A stretch of DNA of 64,000 nt, taken from positions 22,621 to 86,620 of the forward strand of contig CAMZDX010000001.1 of assembly GCA_947305505.1 (NCBI GenBank). Direction: 5' to 3'. Below, piece after piece: positions 18,403-28,258 of the stretch. This DNA is from an uncultured bacterium. Lineage in GTDB: Bacteria > UBP6 > UBA1177. Position 1 is the first letter of the stretch; every line of letters begins with the position of its first letter. The notes beneath the pieces were generated by a model. That model ran no database searches and had not been told where the DNA came from. It was given only the letters and a program-made list of their open reading frames with translations. The translations under genes and the position numbers were made by a program.

Positions 18403-19994
18403 TTTTCAGCCTCCTGCGATTCGGTATTTTCACAAAGATAGCGTTCAATGATACCGACTTCATCCGGCGAAAGTTTGAAAAGCTGGTAGACAAAACCGTC
18501 AAGCCTTTCGGAAACAGCCGTCGTTTCAGCTTTCAAAAGATCCTTATCTGCCGCAAGAATCATATTGTCGTTGAGTTCGCGTATCCGCAGAACCTGCTCG
18601 GAAATTATGTGCTGAAGGTTCTTTCCGCAGAGGAAAAAAGGAATTTTGTTGAAATTCTTCTTCAAAAATTTGTTGTGGTGCGGAAATTTTATTTTGTAGA
18701 AAAATTCGACAAGTTTTGAATTGAGGTAACCTTCGGCAAAAAACATGTCGATATCGGAAGTACGCGGAATGACCGCCGCGACATCGTTCATAAAGTAAAG
18801 TCCGTCCTCGTCGTAAGAAAAAACAGGTTTGACCGAAAGGTATCTCATCAACAGTTTTCTGCTTTCAAAATTGCCGGCGGCCGGAATCTGGAAAAAGGCT
18901 TCCGGATCAGGATAAATGTATCTTTTAACCTTGAAAGTATTGAACGGAACGATCTCTTTCGACGTTACAAGCGGATGGTACGCGGCATTTTTTCTCAAAG
19001 GTTCGATAAGATCGTCTATCGGCGCATTCCTGAACATTCCGAGGAAAAACCTGAAGTAGTCTCCGCATGTCGCTCCGGCACGCTCTTCGATTTTCGAAAC
19101 AAGAGCCAGCTGATCTGCGGTAACGCCGTCGTTGAAAGTGTAAAGATGGTTGAAATCAAGGCACGACCTCTCAAGTTCAAGCACTTTTCCGTCGGAACAG
19201 TCGCGGATAACGACATTCTGCGGAAGCGCCGGAATGCGGCCTTCGACCTTTTTGAGCAGTTTCATCTGCAGATAATCGGCAAAACGGTCGATTTCTTCAG
19301 CTTCGAAATGTGCATAAAGGCTTTTTTTATCTTTTCTGGTGAGCGGAGACGAAAGGAAAGTCTTTTTAACAATAAGATAAAAAACAGCGTCGTATTTCAG
19401 CAGAACCGACAAGGTGTTGAGCAGACTTTCGCTGACAAAAGGATAATTTACCGAATCATCGACAACAATGTCGAAATTCTGCGGCCGCAGCTGCGTGTTG
19501 TCGTTGTTTATAAGGTCGAACAAAGTCGTCTGTATCGAAATCGAAAGGTCGGCTTCACGCGAAACCGGATAGTATTCAATGTTTTTGAAAGGTGATTCCT
19601 TTGTCCTTTCGGAACAGTAACCGATAAAAAGCTGAACTTTTTTCTCGGTTTCATAAGGCAGAATGATGGAGTCGGTTAAAAGAAGCACCGCCTGTTTCGG
19701 CTGAACCTTGATATTCTGCACTTCAAACACTCTCTCTGCGGGAAGTGAGAGAATCGCGCTGACAGAAAGCGACATAACGAAATCTCTCCCGAGCCTGTCG
19801 GAAAATTCATTGTTTAAAATTGAAAAATCGCTTTTGGTTATACCGACCAGAGTGTTAGCCGCAGGACGCTTGTTCACAATCGAAAGCCAGAATTTGTTCA
19901 GCAGGAAGGCATAAGGATCGGAGTTTACAGAATTTTGCTTTATAAAAGCGTCGATTTCGTAAAAAAGTTTTACAAGTTTTTTTCTTTTATCCAT
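18399..19994 (-). CDS. Hypothetical protein (531 aa), first gene of the 531aa-NtrC-HK operon
   Basis: Long ORF with an AGGTGA RBS. Its stop overlaps the regulator start (ATGA). No motif recognised. Confidence 0.6.
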   Translation of the reverse strand: MDKRKKLVKLFYEIDAFIKQNSVNSDPYAFLLNKFWLSIVNKRPAANTLVGITKSDFSILNNEFSDRLGRDFVMSLSVSAILSLPAERVFEVQNIKVQPKQAVLLLTDSIILPYETEKKVQLFIGYCSERTKESPFKNIEYYPVSREADLSISIQTTLFDLINNDNTQLRPQNFDIVVDDSVNYPFVSESLLNTLSVLLKYDAVFYLIVKKTFLSSPLTRKDKKSLYAHFEAEEIDRFADYLQMKLLKKVEGRIPALPQNVVIRDCSDGKVLELERSCLDFNHLYTFNDGVTADQLALVSKIEERAGATCGDYFRFFLGMFRNAPIDDLIEPLRKNAAYHPLVTSKEIVPFNTFKVKRYIYPDPEAFFQIPAAGNFESRKLLMRYLSVKPVFSYDEDGLYFMNDVAAVIPRTSDIDMFFAEGYLNSKLVEFFYKIKFPHHNKFLKKNFNKIPFFLCGKNLQHIISEQVLRIRELNDNMILAADKDLLKAETTAVSERLDGFVYQLFKLSPDEVGIIERYLCENTESQEAEK

Positions 19995-20066
19995 TTTTTC
20001 TCACCTTTCAAAGTTCGATAAATTCAGTATAGAAACCAAATTTAAAAAAATCAAGCAATTCAGGGC

Positions 20067-20092
20067 AAAAAAAAAGGGCACCGAAGTGCCCT
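20067..20092 (-). terminator. Rho-independent terminator (AGGGCAC-ttcg-GTGCCCT + U9) for the Cys-repeat lipoprotein gene
   Basis: 7-bp GC stem plus a 9-nt T-run on the minus strand, 25 nt downstream of the stop at 20116. Confidence 0.65.
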
Positions 20093-20115
20093 TTGAAAAT
20101 CAGTAAAACGATAGA

Positions 20116-21810
20116 TTATTCAGCTGCGCAGAAACCTGCAACACATGAACCAGCGATACCGCCGCAGTCTTCGTCGCCTGCACATATTTTCTTGCATACG
20201 CCTTCATCTTCAGCATATTCGCTCTCGCATTCACATGCAGTGTGTGCATCGTTAAGCACTTTGTGATCTTCTGCATTGCAGACAGGATCTGCTACACAGT
20301 TGTCATCGACAGCATGGAAGTTTGCCTTGCAAACACATGCAGTGTGTTCTTCGTTGAGTTCTTTGTTATCTTCTGCATTGCAGACAGGATCTGCTACACA
20401 GTTGTCATCGACAGCATGGAAGTTTGCCTTGCAAACACATGCAGTGTGTTCTTCGTTGAGTTCTTTGTTATCTTCTGCATTGCAGACAGGATCTGCTACA
20501 CAGTTGTCATCAACAGCATGGAAGTTTTCTGCACAAACACAGCCGTCTTTTGCTTCGTTCTGAACTTTGTGAGCTTCTGCGTCGCAAACTGCGTCTGCTT
20601 CACAAGCTTCACCTTTTACGTGGAAGTTTGCCATGCATTCACATGCATCTTTTGCTTCGTTAAGCTGTTTGTGCTCTTCTTCTTTGCATTCAAGAGTCTG
20701 AGCTTTTGCTTCGCATTTGCCTTCTTTAAGTTCGAAACCTTCTTTGCAAACGCATTCACCGTCTTTCTTTTCAGCGTTCGGATCGGTGCAGCCTTCTTCA
20801 GCAGCTTTTTCTTCGCATTTGCCTTCTTTTTCTTCGTAACCGGTCATGCAAACACAAGCATCTTTTGCTTCGTTAAGCTGTTTGTGCTCTTCTTCTTTGC
20901 ACTCGATAGCCGGTTCTTCGTCTGTCGGACATTCGATCTCTTTGCCGGAGCCGCTTGCGTAAGAAACGCATGTGCAGAGGTCAGCTTCTGTTGCTACATA
21001 ACCTTCAGCGCCTTCTTCTACGCCTTCGTTGTAAGCAGCCTGGATGTCTTCGAACTTGTCGGTAAGTCTAGCATCGATTCCGAATTTAATGGTCTGGCCG
21101 GGTTCGATGGTTCCGTTTTTGCCGTAGCAGTACTGGAAAGAACCTTCCGGCATGTCACCGTCAGAAACCTGTGTCGGAGCATAGGTGTTGATTGCGAGTG
21201 TGCACATTTTGTACCAGTCAATCTGCTGACCTTTAACATGAAGGTCAAGAGAAGCAACGTTGATCATCGGAGCGAAAGGAGCTTTTCCATTCGGGAAAAC
21301 TTCAGGATATTCTTCTTTGTACTGATCAACAACTTCCATCCACTGATCAGGAACAATTGCCTGGATCTGAACGTTCGGATAGCCGCTGCCGCCGTAACCC
21401 ATACCGATAAGAACGATTGATTTCCAGCCGTTCGTAAGGGTAGCGTTGAGGAAGTAGGACTGAGACTGTTTAAGGTTGTAGTCCTGATTGTCCTCAAGAT
21501 AAAGTGACGTTTTGGTCATTGCCGTCATTTCGACATCTTCAGCATTTTCATCATTGATGGTACCAGCACCTTTGAAGGTGTAGTAGTTGTCAAACTTTGA
21601 TGAAGCATAAGCATCATCAATTTTGCAGTCTACTGTCGGCTCTTCATCCTGTTCTTCATCAGGATTTTCAACAGGATCGGTGTCATTTGTCGGATTTGTC
21701 GGATCGTCGTTGTCGTTGCTCGGTTCCGGATCTGTGCTGCTTGAACCGCCGCAGCTTACAACAAAGAGGGCGATAATCATCGCCGCAAGGATTGCTGTGA
21801 ATTTCTTCAT
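20116..21810 (-). CDS. Secreted lipoprotein with N-terminal globular domain and C-terminal array of ~34-aa Cys-containing (EGF-like) repeats
   Basis: Signal MKKFTAILAAMIIALFVVSCGG. C-terminal repeats C-x-AE-x-x-K-x-LNE-x-x-x-AC-x-C-x-x-NFH-x-x-x-x-x-C, with the last three copies identical. GGAG RBS. Confidence 0.7.
   Translation of the reverse strand: MKKFTAILAAMIIALFVVSCGGSSSTDPEPSNDNDDPTNPTNDTDPVENPDEEQDEEPTVDCKIDDAYASSKFDNYYTFKGAGTINDENAEDVEMTAMTKTSLYLEDNQDYNLKQSQSYFLNATLTNGWKSIVLIGMGYGGSGYPNVQIQAIVPDQWMEVVDQYKEEYPEVFPNGKAPFAPMINVASLDLHVKGQQIDWYKMCTLAINTYAPTQVSDGDMPEGSFQYCYGKNGTIEPGQTIKFGIDARLTDKFEDIQAAYNEGVEEGAEGYVATEADLCTCVSYASGSGKEIECPTDEEPAIECKEEEHKQLNEAKDACVCMTGYEEKEGKCEEKAAEEGCTDPNAEKKDGECVCKEGFELKEGKCEAKAQTLECKEEEHKQLNEAKDACECMANFHVKGEACEADAVCDAEAHKVQNEAKDGCVCAENFHAVDDNCVADPVCNAEDNKELNEEHTACVCKANFHAVDDNCVADPVCNAEDNKELNEEHTACVCKANFHAVDDNCVADPVCNAEDHKVLNDAHTACECESEYAEDEGVCKKICAGDEDCGGIAGSCVAGFCAAE
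20270..20575. repeat. 102-bp tandem repeat array inside the lipoprotein CDS (two perfect copies + one near-perfect, flanked by diverged copies)
   Basis: Units begin at about 20270, 20372 and 20474 (period 102 nt = 34 aa). Copies 1-2 are identical at DNA level. Confidence 0.8.
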
Positions 21811-21877
21811 TTCAAATCTCCTAAAAAAAGTTAGTAAAAAAAATCCTCAAAGTCATATTGTAAAAAAACCGTCGGAA

Positions 21878-21905
21878 ATTTTAAGGTTGCCATTTTTTTT
21901 GTCAA
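21878..21905 (-). promoter_or_regulatory. Candidate sigma70-like promoter (TTGACA - ~16 nt - TAAAAT) for the Cys-repeat lipoprotein gene
   Basis: Hexamers seen on the minus strand ~70 nt upstream of the start at 21810. Prediction only. Confidence 0.3.
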
Positions 21906-21950
21906 GTAAAAAAGCAAAAAAGCTCTCCGAATCAAAAAAAGTCTGTAACT

Positions 21951-23810
21951 TCAGCCGCCGAAAACAGTCGAAAGCAGAATAATAAAGACACCTGCCAGCG
22001 ATTCTCCGGCTATAATTCCCGAAGCTGCCGGAACTATGTATTCTTCAAGAGATTTCTTTTTGTGCTCGATAATGAGAACTATGAGCGCGCCAAGAAACAT
22101 CGAAAGCGAGTTCCAGAAAGGAATGACGAACGAAAGTCCGATTCCCATCGAAGAGGGTATATATTTTGCCGCTTTCGGGAACCATTTTTCAAGTAGCGGG
22201 ATGATCACGCCGACCGCAACGCCGATAAGCATCGCGATTTTAGCGGTTGAATGAAGCGTCGAGAAGCCCTGAGCCAACAGATCGGCGACTCTCGACCATA
22301 CCTGTGCCGCAGGAGCCGGGAAATAGTCGCTTCCGAGAACGTCAGGAGTCGGAACGATTAGATAAAATGCCGGAACAATAACTGCTGTTCCCGCAAAAAT
22401 TCCCAAAAACTGCGCCAGAAACATCTTTCGCGGATTTGCGCCTAAAATGTAACCGGTTTTGAGGTCAGTCAAAAGGTCAGCCGAAGAGCCCGCGATACCT
22501 GAAGTTATCGAAGCAGTCATAAGTGTCGTGACTTTGCTTCCCGGGCGCAGCATTCCGTAAAACGCCTGAGTTACCTGACCGAGCGCGCCGACGGGAGTCG
22601 TATCGGTTTCGCCTGTCGCGCGGCATGCAACGATCGAAAGGAAGAATGAAAGTATGACTGCAAGTACAGAGACCCAGACCGGAATATCGAACGCAAAAAG
22701 CATGATAAGCGCGATGCCGGTTCCGCCGACAACTATGCCCCAGAAGAACCAGCTCATCGGAACTTCGACTTTCTCGATTTCGGAAAGTTCCCGTTTTTTG
22801 CGTGAGAAAAGGTCTTTAAGCGATGCAAACGCCTTGAGCGCGACTTTCCACTGCATTAAAAATGAGGTAAATCCGGCAGAAACCATGACGGAAGCACCGA
22901 ACCACAAACTCCAGCTGCTGATTCCGCGGTAGCCGAGTTCTGTGATCGCGCCGATCTTTACCATATAAGGGGCTAAAACTATATAATTAAGTATAGCGCC
23001 GAAAAGAATGCTCCACGCCGTTCTCCAGCCCATAATGCCGCCGGCTGCGACCATTATAAGGCTCGTTTCCATCGAAACGGTGTATTCCGCAAGTTTTTCG
23101 CCGAAAACCGCGTATGTGTATTTTATCCACTCGAAAAAGTCGCGGATTACAGTAAGCACCGCGCCGCCCAATGCAAATCCGAGCAGTGTGCGCGTCTGTT
23201 TTTTGCTTTCTTCGCCTGCGTAAAGGCTTTTAAGCGTCTCGGCAGTCGCGGTTCCGGACGGAAACGGCAGTTTTTCCATGTTTATCATCTGCTTTTTCAT
23301 CGGTATCGCCATGACGACACCCGCAATTCCGAGGAAAACTGTCCACGCCGTGAGCACCCAGAAGTTGAGATGCTGCCCGGTGATCAGAATATAAGCCGCA
23401 ATTGCGCTGACCATCGTTCCGCCCGTCGTGTAACCCGCGCTCGAAGCAGTGGATTTCATCGAATTGTTTTCGAGAAGCGTCATGTCGGTCTTGAAAATTT
23501 TCGGAAAAATCACGCGCAGCAGTTTCCAGATGCTGAACGAAAGGACGCATGCCGTGATCGTTACGCCGAGTCCCCAGCCTGTTTTGAGACCGATGTAAAG
23601 GTTTGTAAGACTCATGAGTCCGCCGATTATCATTCCCATGACGACTGCGCGGACGGTAAGCTGTTTGACGTCGCCCTGATAGACGTTTTTCAGCCACTGG
23701 CGGTCGTCCTCTTCATACTGTTCTTCCAGAGTGAGCGGTCTTTTCGGAGCGACTTTCGCCGAGACACCGTTTCCGGCATAAAAATTTTTGTTCTTGTTTT
23801 CCTCTGTCAT
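21951..23810 (-). CDS. OPT-family oligopeptide transporter (polytopic membrane protein)
   Basis: 619 aa with ~15 TM segments. The N-terminus ...QWLKNVYQGDVKQLTVRAVVMGMIIGGLMSLTNLYIGLKTGWGLG... matches the OPT superfamily (TIGR00728-type) pattern. Confidence 0.75.
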   Translation of the reverse strand: MTEENKNKNFYAGNGVSAKVAPKRPLTLEEQYEEDDRQWLKNVYQGDVKQLTVRAVVMGMIIGGLMSLTNLYIGLKTGWGLGVTITACVLSFSIWKLLRVIFPKIFKTDMTLLENNSMKSTASSAGYTTGGTMVSAIAAYILITGQHLNFWVLTAWTVFLGIAGVVMAIPMKKQMINMEKLPFPSGTATAETLKSLYAGEESKKQTRTLLGFALGGAVLTVIRDFFEWIKYTYAVFGEKLAEYTVSMETSLIMVAAGGIMGWRTAWSILFGAILNYIVLAPYMVKIGAITELGYRGISSWSLWFGASVMVSAGFTSFLMQWKVALKAFASLKDLFSRKKRELSEIEKVEVPMSWFFWGIVVGGTGIALIMLFAFDIPVWVSVLAVILSFFLSIVACRATGETDTTPVGALGQVTQAFYGMLRPGSKVTTLMTASITSGIAGSSADLLTDLKTGYILGANPRKMFLAQFLGIFAGTAVIVPAFYLIVPTPDVLGSDYFPAPAAQVWSRVADLLAQGFSTLHSTAKIAMLIGVAVGVIIPLLEKWFPKAAKYIPSSMGIGLSFVIPFWNSLSMFLGALIVLIIEHKKKSLEEYIVPAASGIIAGESLAGVFIILLSTVFGG

Positions 23811-23860
23811 TGAGACCCCTTATTTTAAGAAGTGAAAGTTAAAAGAAAATCTTTGACGGA

Positions 23861-26800
23861 TTATTCCTCTGAATCGCCGCTATCCTTGGTGTCTTCAATG
23901 AGAGCAAGAACTCTGAGATAGTAAGCGCTCTTCGGACTGAGTTCCTTTCTGAGCTTCATGAGAACTTTCTTTGCAGAACTCATCTCACCTGCCTGAACAT
24001 CGGCATAAGCTCTGTCGAACATCGCAGCCGCGGTCTTTTCGATCTCTTTGAGACCGTTCTGAGCCGATTTGCTGTTTGCATCGTTATAGAGAGCTTCAAA
24101 GAAGTACTTTCTTGCTTCAGCGATGTTTTCATCCTGAAGCTGTTCCATACCCTGAGCAGAAAGCGCATCAGCTTTGGCAGCATTGAGCTGTTTCGTGTAT
24201 GCGCTGTACTCGAAGTTTCTGTCTCTCTCCTCTTTGAATTCGCTTCCGCCTGCAAAAGAGATCGATTTCGATTTGATGAGATCGTCGACCTTAGCCTTAT
24301 ACTGTTTTTCTATCGCAGCTTTAGACTGTTCGTATTTGGCTTTTGCCGCCTCTTCGCGCTTTTCGGCAGCTTTGAGGTTGGCTTCATGAGCAGCTTTTCT
24401 CTTTGCAGCTGCCTTTTCCCATTCGTCTTTCATCGTATCGGTTCTCTTTTCTGCCGCTTCGAGTTCAGTGCGGAGTTTGGCTTCGTCCTTGCTTCTGTCG
24501 GCAATCATCTTTTTCGAGCTGTTTTCAAGCTGCGCGATTTTTGCGTTTATAGCTTTTTTGTCGGTCTCTGCTTTCTTTTCGTACTTCGCATAGACCGCCT
24601 GTTTCTCTTTTTCTATCGCGTTTTCGTTAGCCTCTTTCTTCTGCTCGCTTGCAGCTTCAAGATCACTTACCTTCTTTTCAGCAGCAGCTTTTTTGGTTTC
24701 AAGCTGTTTTTCGAGATTTTCTCTCGTTTTATCGGAATTTGCGTTAGCTGCTTCGAACTGTTTTTCAAGAGCTGCGAGCTGTTTTTTCTTTTCAGCCGCA
24801 TTTTTGTCGTAAGCAGCCTTTCTCTGCTTAGCCTTTGCGTTTCTTTCTGCTTCACGCTTTGCGGCACGGCCTTCTATCTCTTTGATTTTATTAGCCTTGT
24901 TGGCATTGATTGTCGCCTGTTTCTTTTTCATATCCTTTTCCAGGGCGGCTTTTTCTTTCTCGACGCCCTTCATTTCTGCGGTAAGAGCCTTCTTTTCGGC
25001 ATCTTTTTTAGCTTTGAAAGCAGCAGTTTCTTTTTTCGTATTGGCTTCGAAGGTTCTCTGCTCTGCGTCTACTTTCGCAACTTCCGCTTTGTAGTTCTTG
25101 GAAGCACCAGATGTCTCTTTTTCGATGAATTTATCGTGACCGGCTTCGTATCTTTCGAGTTCTTTCGACGCAGCCTGAAGATCTTTTTTAAGTTTCTGCC
25201 ACTGCGGATTCTTTTCGTAATTTTCGACCTTGTCCTGAATCTCGTTCATCTGAGTTTCGATATTTTCTACCTTCTTTGCGCGTTCAGACTGACCTTTGTT
25301 GTAAGTCTCTTCAGCCTTTTCCTCGGCCGCGCTTCTCTCGGATTCGAACTTGCTCTCGAGCTCTTCTTTCTTCTTATCGGATTTTTCCTGATTTTTGCTG
25401 ATTTTGTCTTCCTGTTTGTCGTTGAAATCGCTTACTTCACTGTCGAGAGCCTCGAATTTTTCAGTGTATGAAGAAAGTTTCTGGTCGTAATCTTCAAGCT
25501 GTTTGTTGAGTTTTTCAGTTTCATCTTCAGCTTTTTTCTCAGCTGCTTCGAGGTCTTTTGCATCCTGTTCTTCCGCAGCAGCTATGGTTTTGTCGAATTT
25601 TTCCGATTCCTTCTGCTCTTCTGCTTCGAAATCGCTTTCAAGTCTTTCAACTTCAGCTGAAAGCTTTTTGATCCGTTTTTCAAGGTCGGAATTCGATTTT
25701 TCAAGAGCCTGAATCTTGTCGTTATACTCTTTTTCAGCAGCTTCGGTATCGGTTTTGGACTGTTTTTTAGCCTGAAGGAGCTGTTTTTTAAGGTCTTTAT
25801 TGCCTTTTTTGTACTTTTCTTCGATAGCCGCAAGCTCTGCTTCGATCTCTTTCTGGTAGATCTCCTCGGCAGGTCTCTCGTCTTCAAGCTGTTTGTTCAG
25901 CTTTTCGATCTCTTTGTCGGTCTTTTTGAGTTTGCTGCGGTATATCGCATCCATATTTTCGACGTTGTCTCTGAGTGTAGCGAGCTTTTTCTGATGCTCT
26001 CTTTCCTGTTTTTTCTCGGCTTTAGCCTGTTTTTTCTCGTCCTGCTCGAATTTTTCGTTAAGCTTTTGCTGCTCATTAAGCTTGCCTGACATGGAATCTT
26101 CGAGTTTTTTCATCTCGCCGTCGCGCCATACTGAAATGGTTTTCATTTCTTTCTTGACGCTTTTGAAAGCCTTTCTCGCCTTGCTGTAATCGTCGCTCGA
26201 CGGTTCGTTGTATTTGCGTTTTTTGTTGGTTTCCTTAACGAACTGAAGTTCTTTGTAACCTTTTTCCCTAAGGTTGAGATCTTTTCTCTCAACTTTGTTC
26301 AAAGTTTCGACAGCTCTCGATGCATCACCGCTTTTCGTAAGTGATTTTGCGTCGTCAAGTGCCTGAAGTATCTCGTCAACTGCGTCAGCCAGTTTTTCTT
26401 CTTCCGCCTTTCTGAAAAGAGAGGACGCCTCCTTGCCTTTACCTGCCTTGTAAGCTTTGAACCCAGCGCGGACTGTTTCCTTTTTCTCCCTTTCGGTCAT
26501 CTGCGGAGCTTCTTCTTTCTGCGGAGCGGCTTCTTCTTCCTCTTCACCGCTTTCCTCACCGCCTTCGCTAAGGTTTGAAAGCGCTTCCATGAGTTTTGCC
26601 GCAACTTCCGAAGCGAAATCTTCGGCTTCGGCATCGCTGCCTACTTCCACATTCTGTTTTTTCGCGATTTTTCCGTTCTTGTCGAAAATGTAAAGTATTG
26701 CGGAATATCCTTCATCGGTCGTTTTTACGATCGGGAAAAGAAGGAACTGCGTTTTTTTGACTTTTTTTGTCTCTTCTCTTGCACATTTCAGCTTCGTGCC

Positions 26801-27019
26801 GCACTTTTTGAACTTGCCGGCAGCCGCAGAATCGACATCGGAAAGTTTTGCGCCCTTAACCGTTTTGTAAAGGATCTTGAACTCTTTCGAGAGGTTTTTC
26901 GCCATTGTCGAGGCATCGCCTTCACCTGCAGCAGGAACAACCGCCATTTTCGGATCGGCAGCGAAAAGAGAAAGAGAAACCAAAAACATAAACACCAAAA
27001 GAAAAGATTTTCTGACCAT
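23861..27019 (-). CDS. Large secreted K/E-rich coiled-coil protein with C-terminal TPR-like region (function unknown)
   Basis: Signal peptide MVRKSFLLVFMFLVSLSLFAADP (start refined to ATG 27017-19). About 800 aa of heptad-like, highly charged sequence follow. C-terminus FFEALYNDANSKSAQNGLKEIEK...YYLRVLALIEDT. Confidence 0.65.
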   Translation of the reverse strand: MVRKSFLLVFMFLVSLSLFAADPKMAVVPAAGEGDASTMAKNLSKEFKILYKTVKGAKLSDVDSAAAGKFKKCGTKLKCAREETKKVKKTQFLLFPIVKTTDEGYSAILYIFDKNGKIAKKQNVEVGSDAEAEDFASEVAAKLMEALSNLSEGGEESGEEEEEAAPQKEEAPQMTEREKKETVRAGFKAYKAGKGKEASSLFRKAEEEKLADAVDEILQALDDAKSLTKSGDASRAVETLNKVERKDLNLREKGYKELQFVKETNKKRKYNEPSSDDYSKARKAFKSVKKEMKTISVWRDGEMKKLEDSMSGKLNEQQKLNEKFEQDEKKQAKAEKKQEREHQKKLATLRDNVENMDAIYRSKLKKTDKEIEKLNKQLEDERPAEEIYQKEIEAELAAIEEKYKKGNKDLKKQLLQAKKQSKTDTEAAEKEYNDKIQALEKSNSDLEKRIKKLSAEVERLESDFEAEEQKESEKFDKTIAAAEEQDAKDLEAAEKKAEDETEKLNKQLEDYDQKLSSYTEKFEALDSEVSDFNDKQEDKISKNQEKSDKKKEELESKFESERSAAEEKAEETYNKGQSERAKKVENIETQMNEIQDKVENYEKNPQWQKLKKDLQAASKELERYEAGHDKFIEKETSGASKNYKAEVAKVDAEQRTFEANTKKETAAFKAKKDAEKKALTAEMKGVEKEKAALEKDMKKKQATINANKANKIKEIEGRAAKREAERNAKAKQRKAAYDKNAAEKKKQLAALEKQFEAANANSDKTRENLEKQLETKKAAAEKKVSDLEAASEQKKEANENAIEKEKQAVYAKYEKKAETDKKAINAKIAQLENSSKKMIADRSKDEAKLRTELEAAEKRTDTMKDEWEKAAAKRKAAHEANLKAAEKREEAAKAKYEQSKAAIEKQYKAKVDDLIKSKSISFAGGSEFKEERDRNFEYSAYTKQLNAAKADALSAQGMEQLQDENIAEARKYFFEALYNDANSKSAQNGLKEIEKTAAAMFDRAYADVQAGEMSSAKKVLMKLRKELSPKSAYYLRVLALIEDTKDSGDSEE

Positions 27020-27106
27020 TTTTTCTACCCTTAAAATCAATTAAATAAACAAAAACCCGCGGAAGTTAATGAAAAGAAGATTTTTTGTCAATTTTTTGCG
27101 GCGCCG

Positions 27107-28258
27107 CTAAGAATAACAGCGGTGAAGGCTGACGTTATGAACCAGCCCCATAAGCATCATGTTGAAAATCAGCGAACTTCCGCCGTAAGAAAACCACGGC
27201 AGCGGAATTCCGACGACCGGCAGAACTCCCGTGACCATACCGATATTGACGAGCACCTGCAGCCATATGTGGGCGCACGAACCAACAAGAATGAGCGCCG
27301 AAAACTTGTCCTTGACCTTGCTGACAAGGGTGAGGATCCTCGCCAGAAGCAGAAAATAGAGCGAAAGGAGCAGCATTACGCCGAAAAAACCGAACTCTTC
27401 TGCATAGACCGAAAAAATGAAGTCGGTATGATGCTCCGGAATGAAACGGAGCATGTTCTGCGTGCCGCGTTTGTAGCCTTTGCCGTGCAGTCTGCCGCTT
27501 CCGACCGCGATTATTGACTGTTTGATGTGATACTGCGAAGTCTGGCTGAGTTCCTGAGATTCTTCGCCCAGAAGCATTGTTACAAGAGAAATGACACGTG
27601 TTTTCTGATAGTCGTGAAGTCCCCATGTCCAGAGTATCGGAACCGAAACAAGAATAAAAATGAGGACGCCGACAAGCCATCTGCGGTTGATTTTTGTCGA
27701 AAGAATCATGGCGCACGATACCGCTCCGACAAGGATCGCAGTTCCCAGATCGGGCTCTTTGTAAATCAGAAAAACAGGAATGAATATGCCGAACGCTTCC
27801 GGCAGAATGTCGAGAAGATTGTAGCCGTCTTCGAGCGTAGGTTTCAAATTGAATTGGTAAGCTATGAATAATATTACGGAAATTTTTGTCAGTTCGCTTA
27901 CCTGAAAGTTCATGAATCCGATATCGAGCCACCTCTGCGCACCGCCGCTTGTCTTTCCGATAAGAAGGACAAGTGCTAAAAGTATGACATTCGCGACATA
28001 CATCGGAATTGCAGCTCTTTCAAAAAGACGAAGATCGGAATACGAAACGAAAACGAATACAGCCGCCGCAAGAACGACCCAGATAAGCTGAATGTAAAAT
28101 TTCGATATGAGGGCGCTGCTGAGCGAAAGAAGCCCCAGGAAAAGTATCGCTGCGAGCGGAAGTATCAAAAGGATGTCTATCTTTTTTTTCGGCAGCAAAT
28201 CGGACTCCGAACAAACAAAACTTGTATGCGGATATATAGTTTTCGTGCAAATTTGCAA
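27107..28258 (-). CDS. SEDS-family peptidoglycan glycosyltransferase (FtsW/RodA/SpoVE)
   Basis: Motifs ...KISVILFIAYQF..., ...GKGYKRGTQNMLRFIPEHHTDFIFSVYAEEFGFFG..., ...PLPWFSYGGSSLI.... The true start is probably an internal TTG near 28195 (M/LLPKKKIDILLIL...) with a GGAG RBS; the track start is TTG 28258. Confidence 0.8.
   Translation of the reverse strand: MQICTKTIYPHTSFVCSESDLLPKKKIDILLILPLAAILFLGLLSLSSALISKFYIQLIWVVLAAAVFVFVSYSDLRLFERAAIPMYVANVILLALVLLIGKTSGGAQRWLDIGFMNFQVSELTKISVILFIAYQFNLKPTLEDGYNLLDILPEAFGIFIPVFLIYKEPDLGTAILVGAVSCAMILSTKINRRWLVGVLIFILVSVPILWTWGLHDYQKTRVISLVTMLLGEESQELSQTSQYHIKQSIIAVGSGRLHGKGYKRGTQNMLRFIPEHHTDFIFSVYAEEFGFFGVMLLLSLYFLLLARILTLVSKVKDKFSALILVGSCAHIWLQVLVNIGMVTGVLPVVGIPLPWFSYGGSSLIFNMMLMGLVHNVSLHRCYS

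Noticed and set aside
20242-21420. 392-aa plus-strand ORF, and 95-aa ORF 20276..20563, antisense to the Cys-repeat lipoprotein gene
   Set aside because: Low-complexity Phe/Val/Cys-rich translation produced by the reverse strand of the repeat array. The sense-strand gene has signal peptide, RBS and terminator. Shadow ORF.
24386-25471. 361-aa plus-strand ORF antisense to the coiled-coil gene
   Set aside because: Phe/Leu/Ser-rich nonsense from the reverse complement of K/E codons (AAR/GAR giving YTT/YTC). No RBS. The opposite strand carries the coherent gene.
27135-27932. 265-aa minus-strand ORF overlapping the SEDS gene in another frame, and 131-aa ORF 27122..27517
   Set aside because: Arg/Ser/Gly-rich out-of-frame translations. 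The SEDS frame carries the diagnostic motifs.
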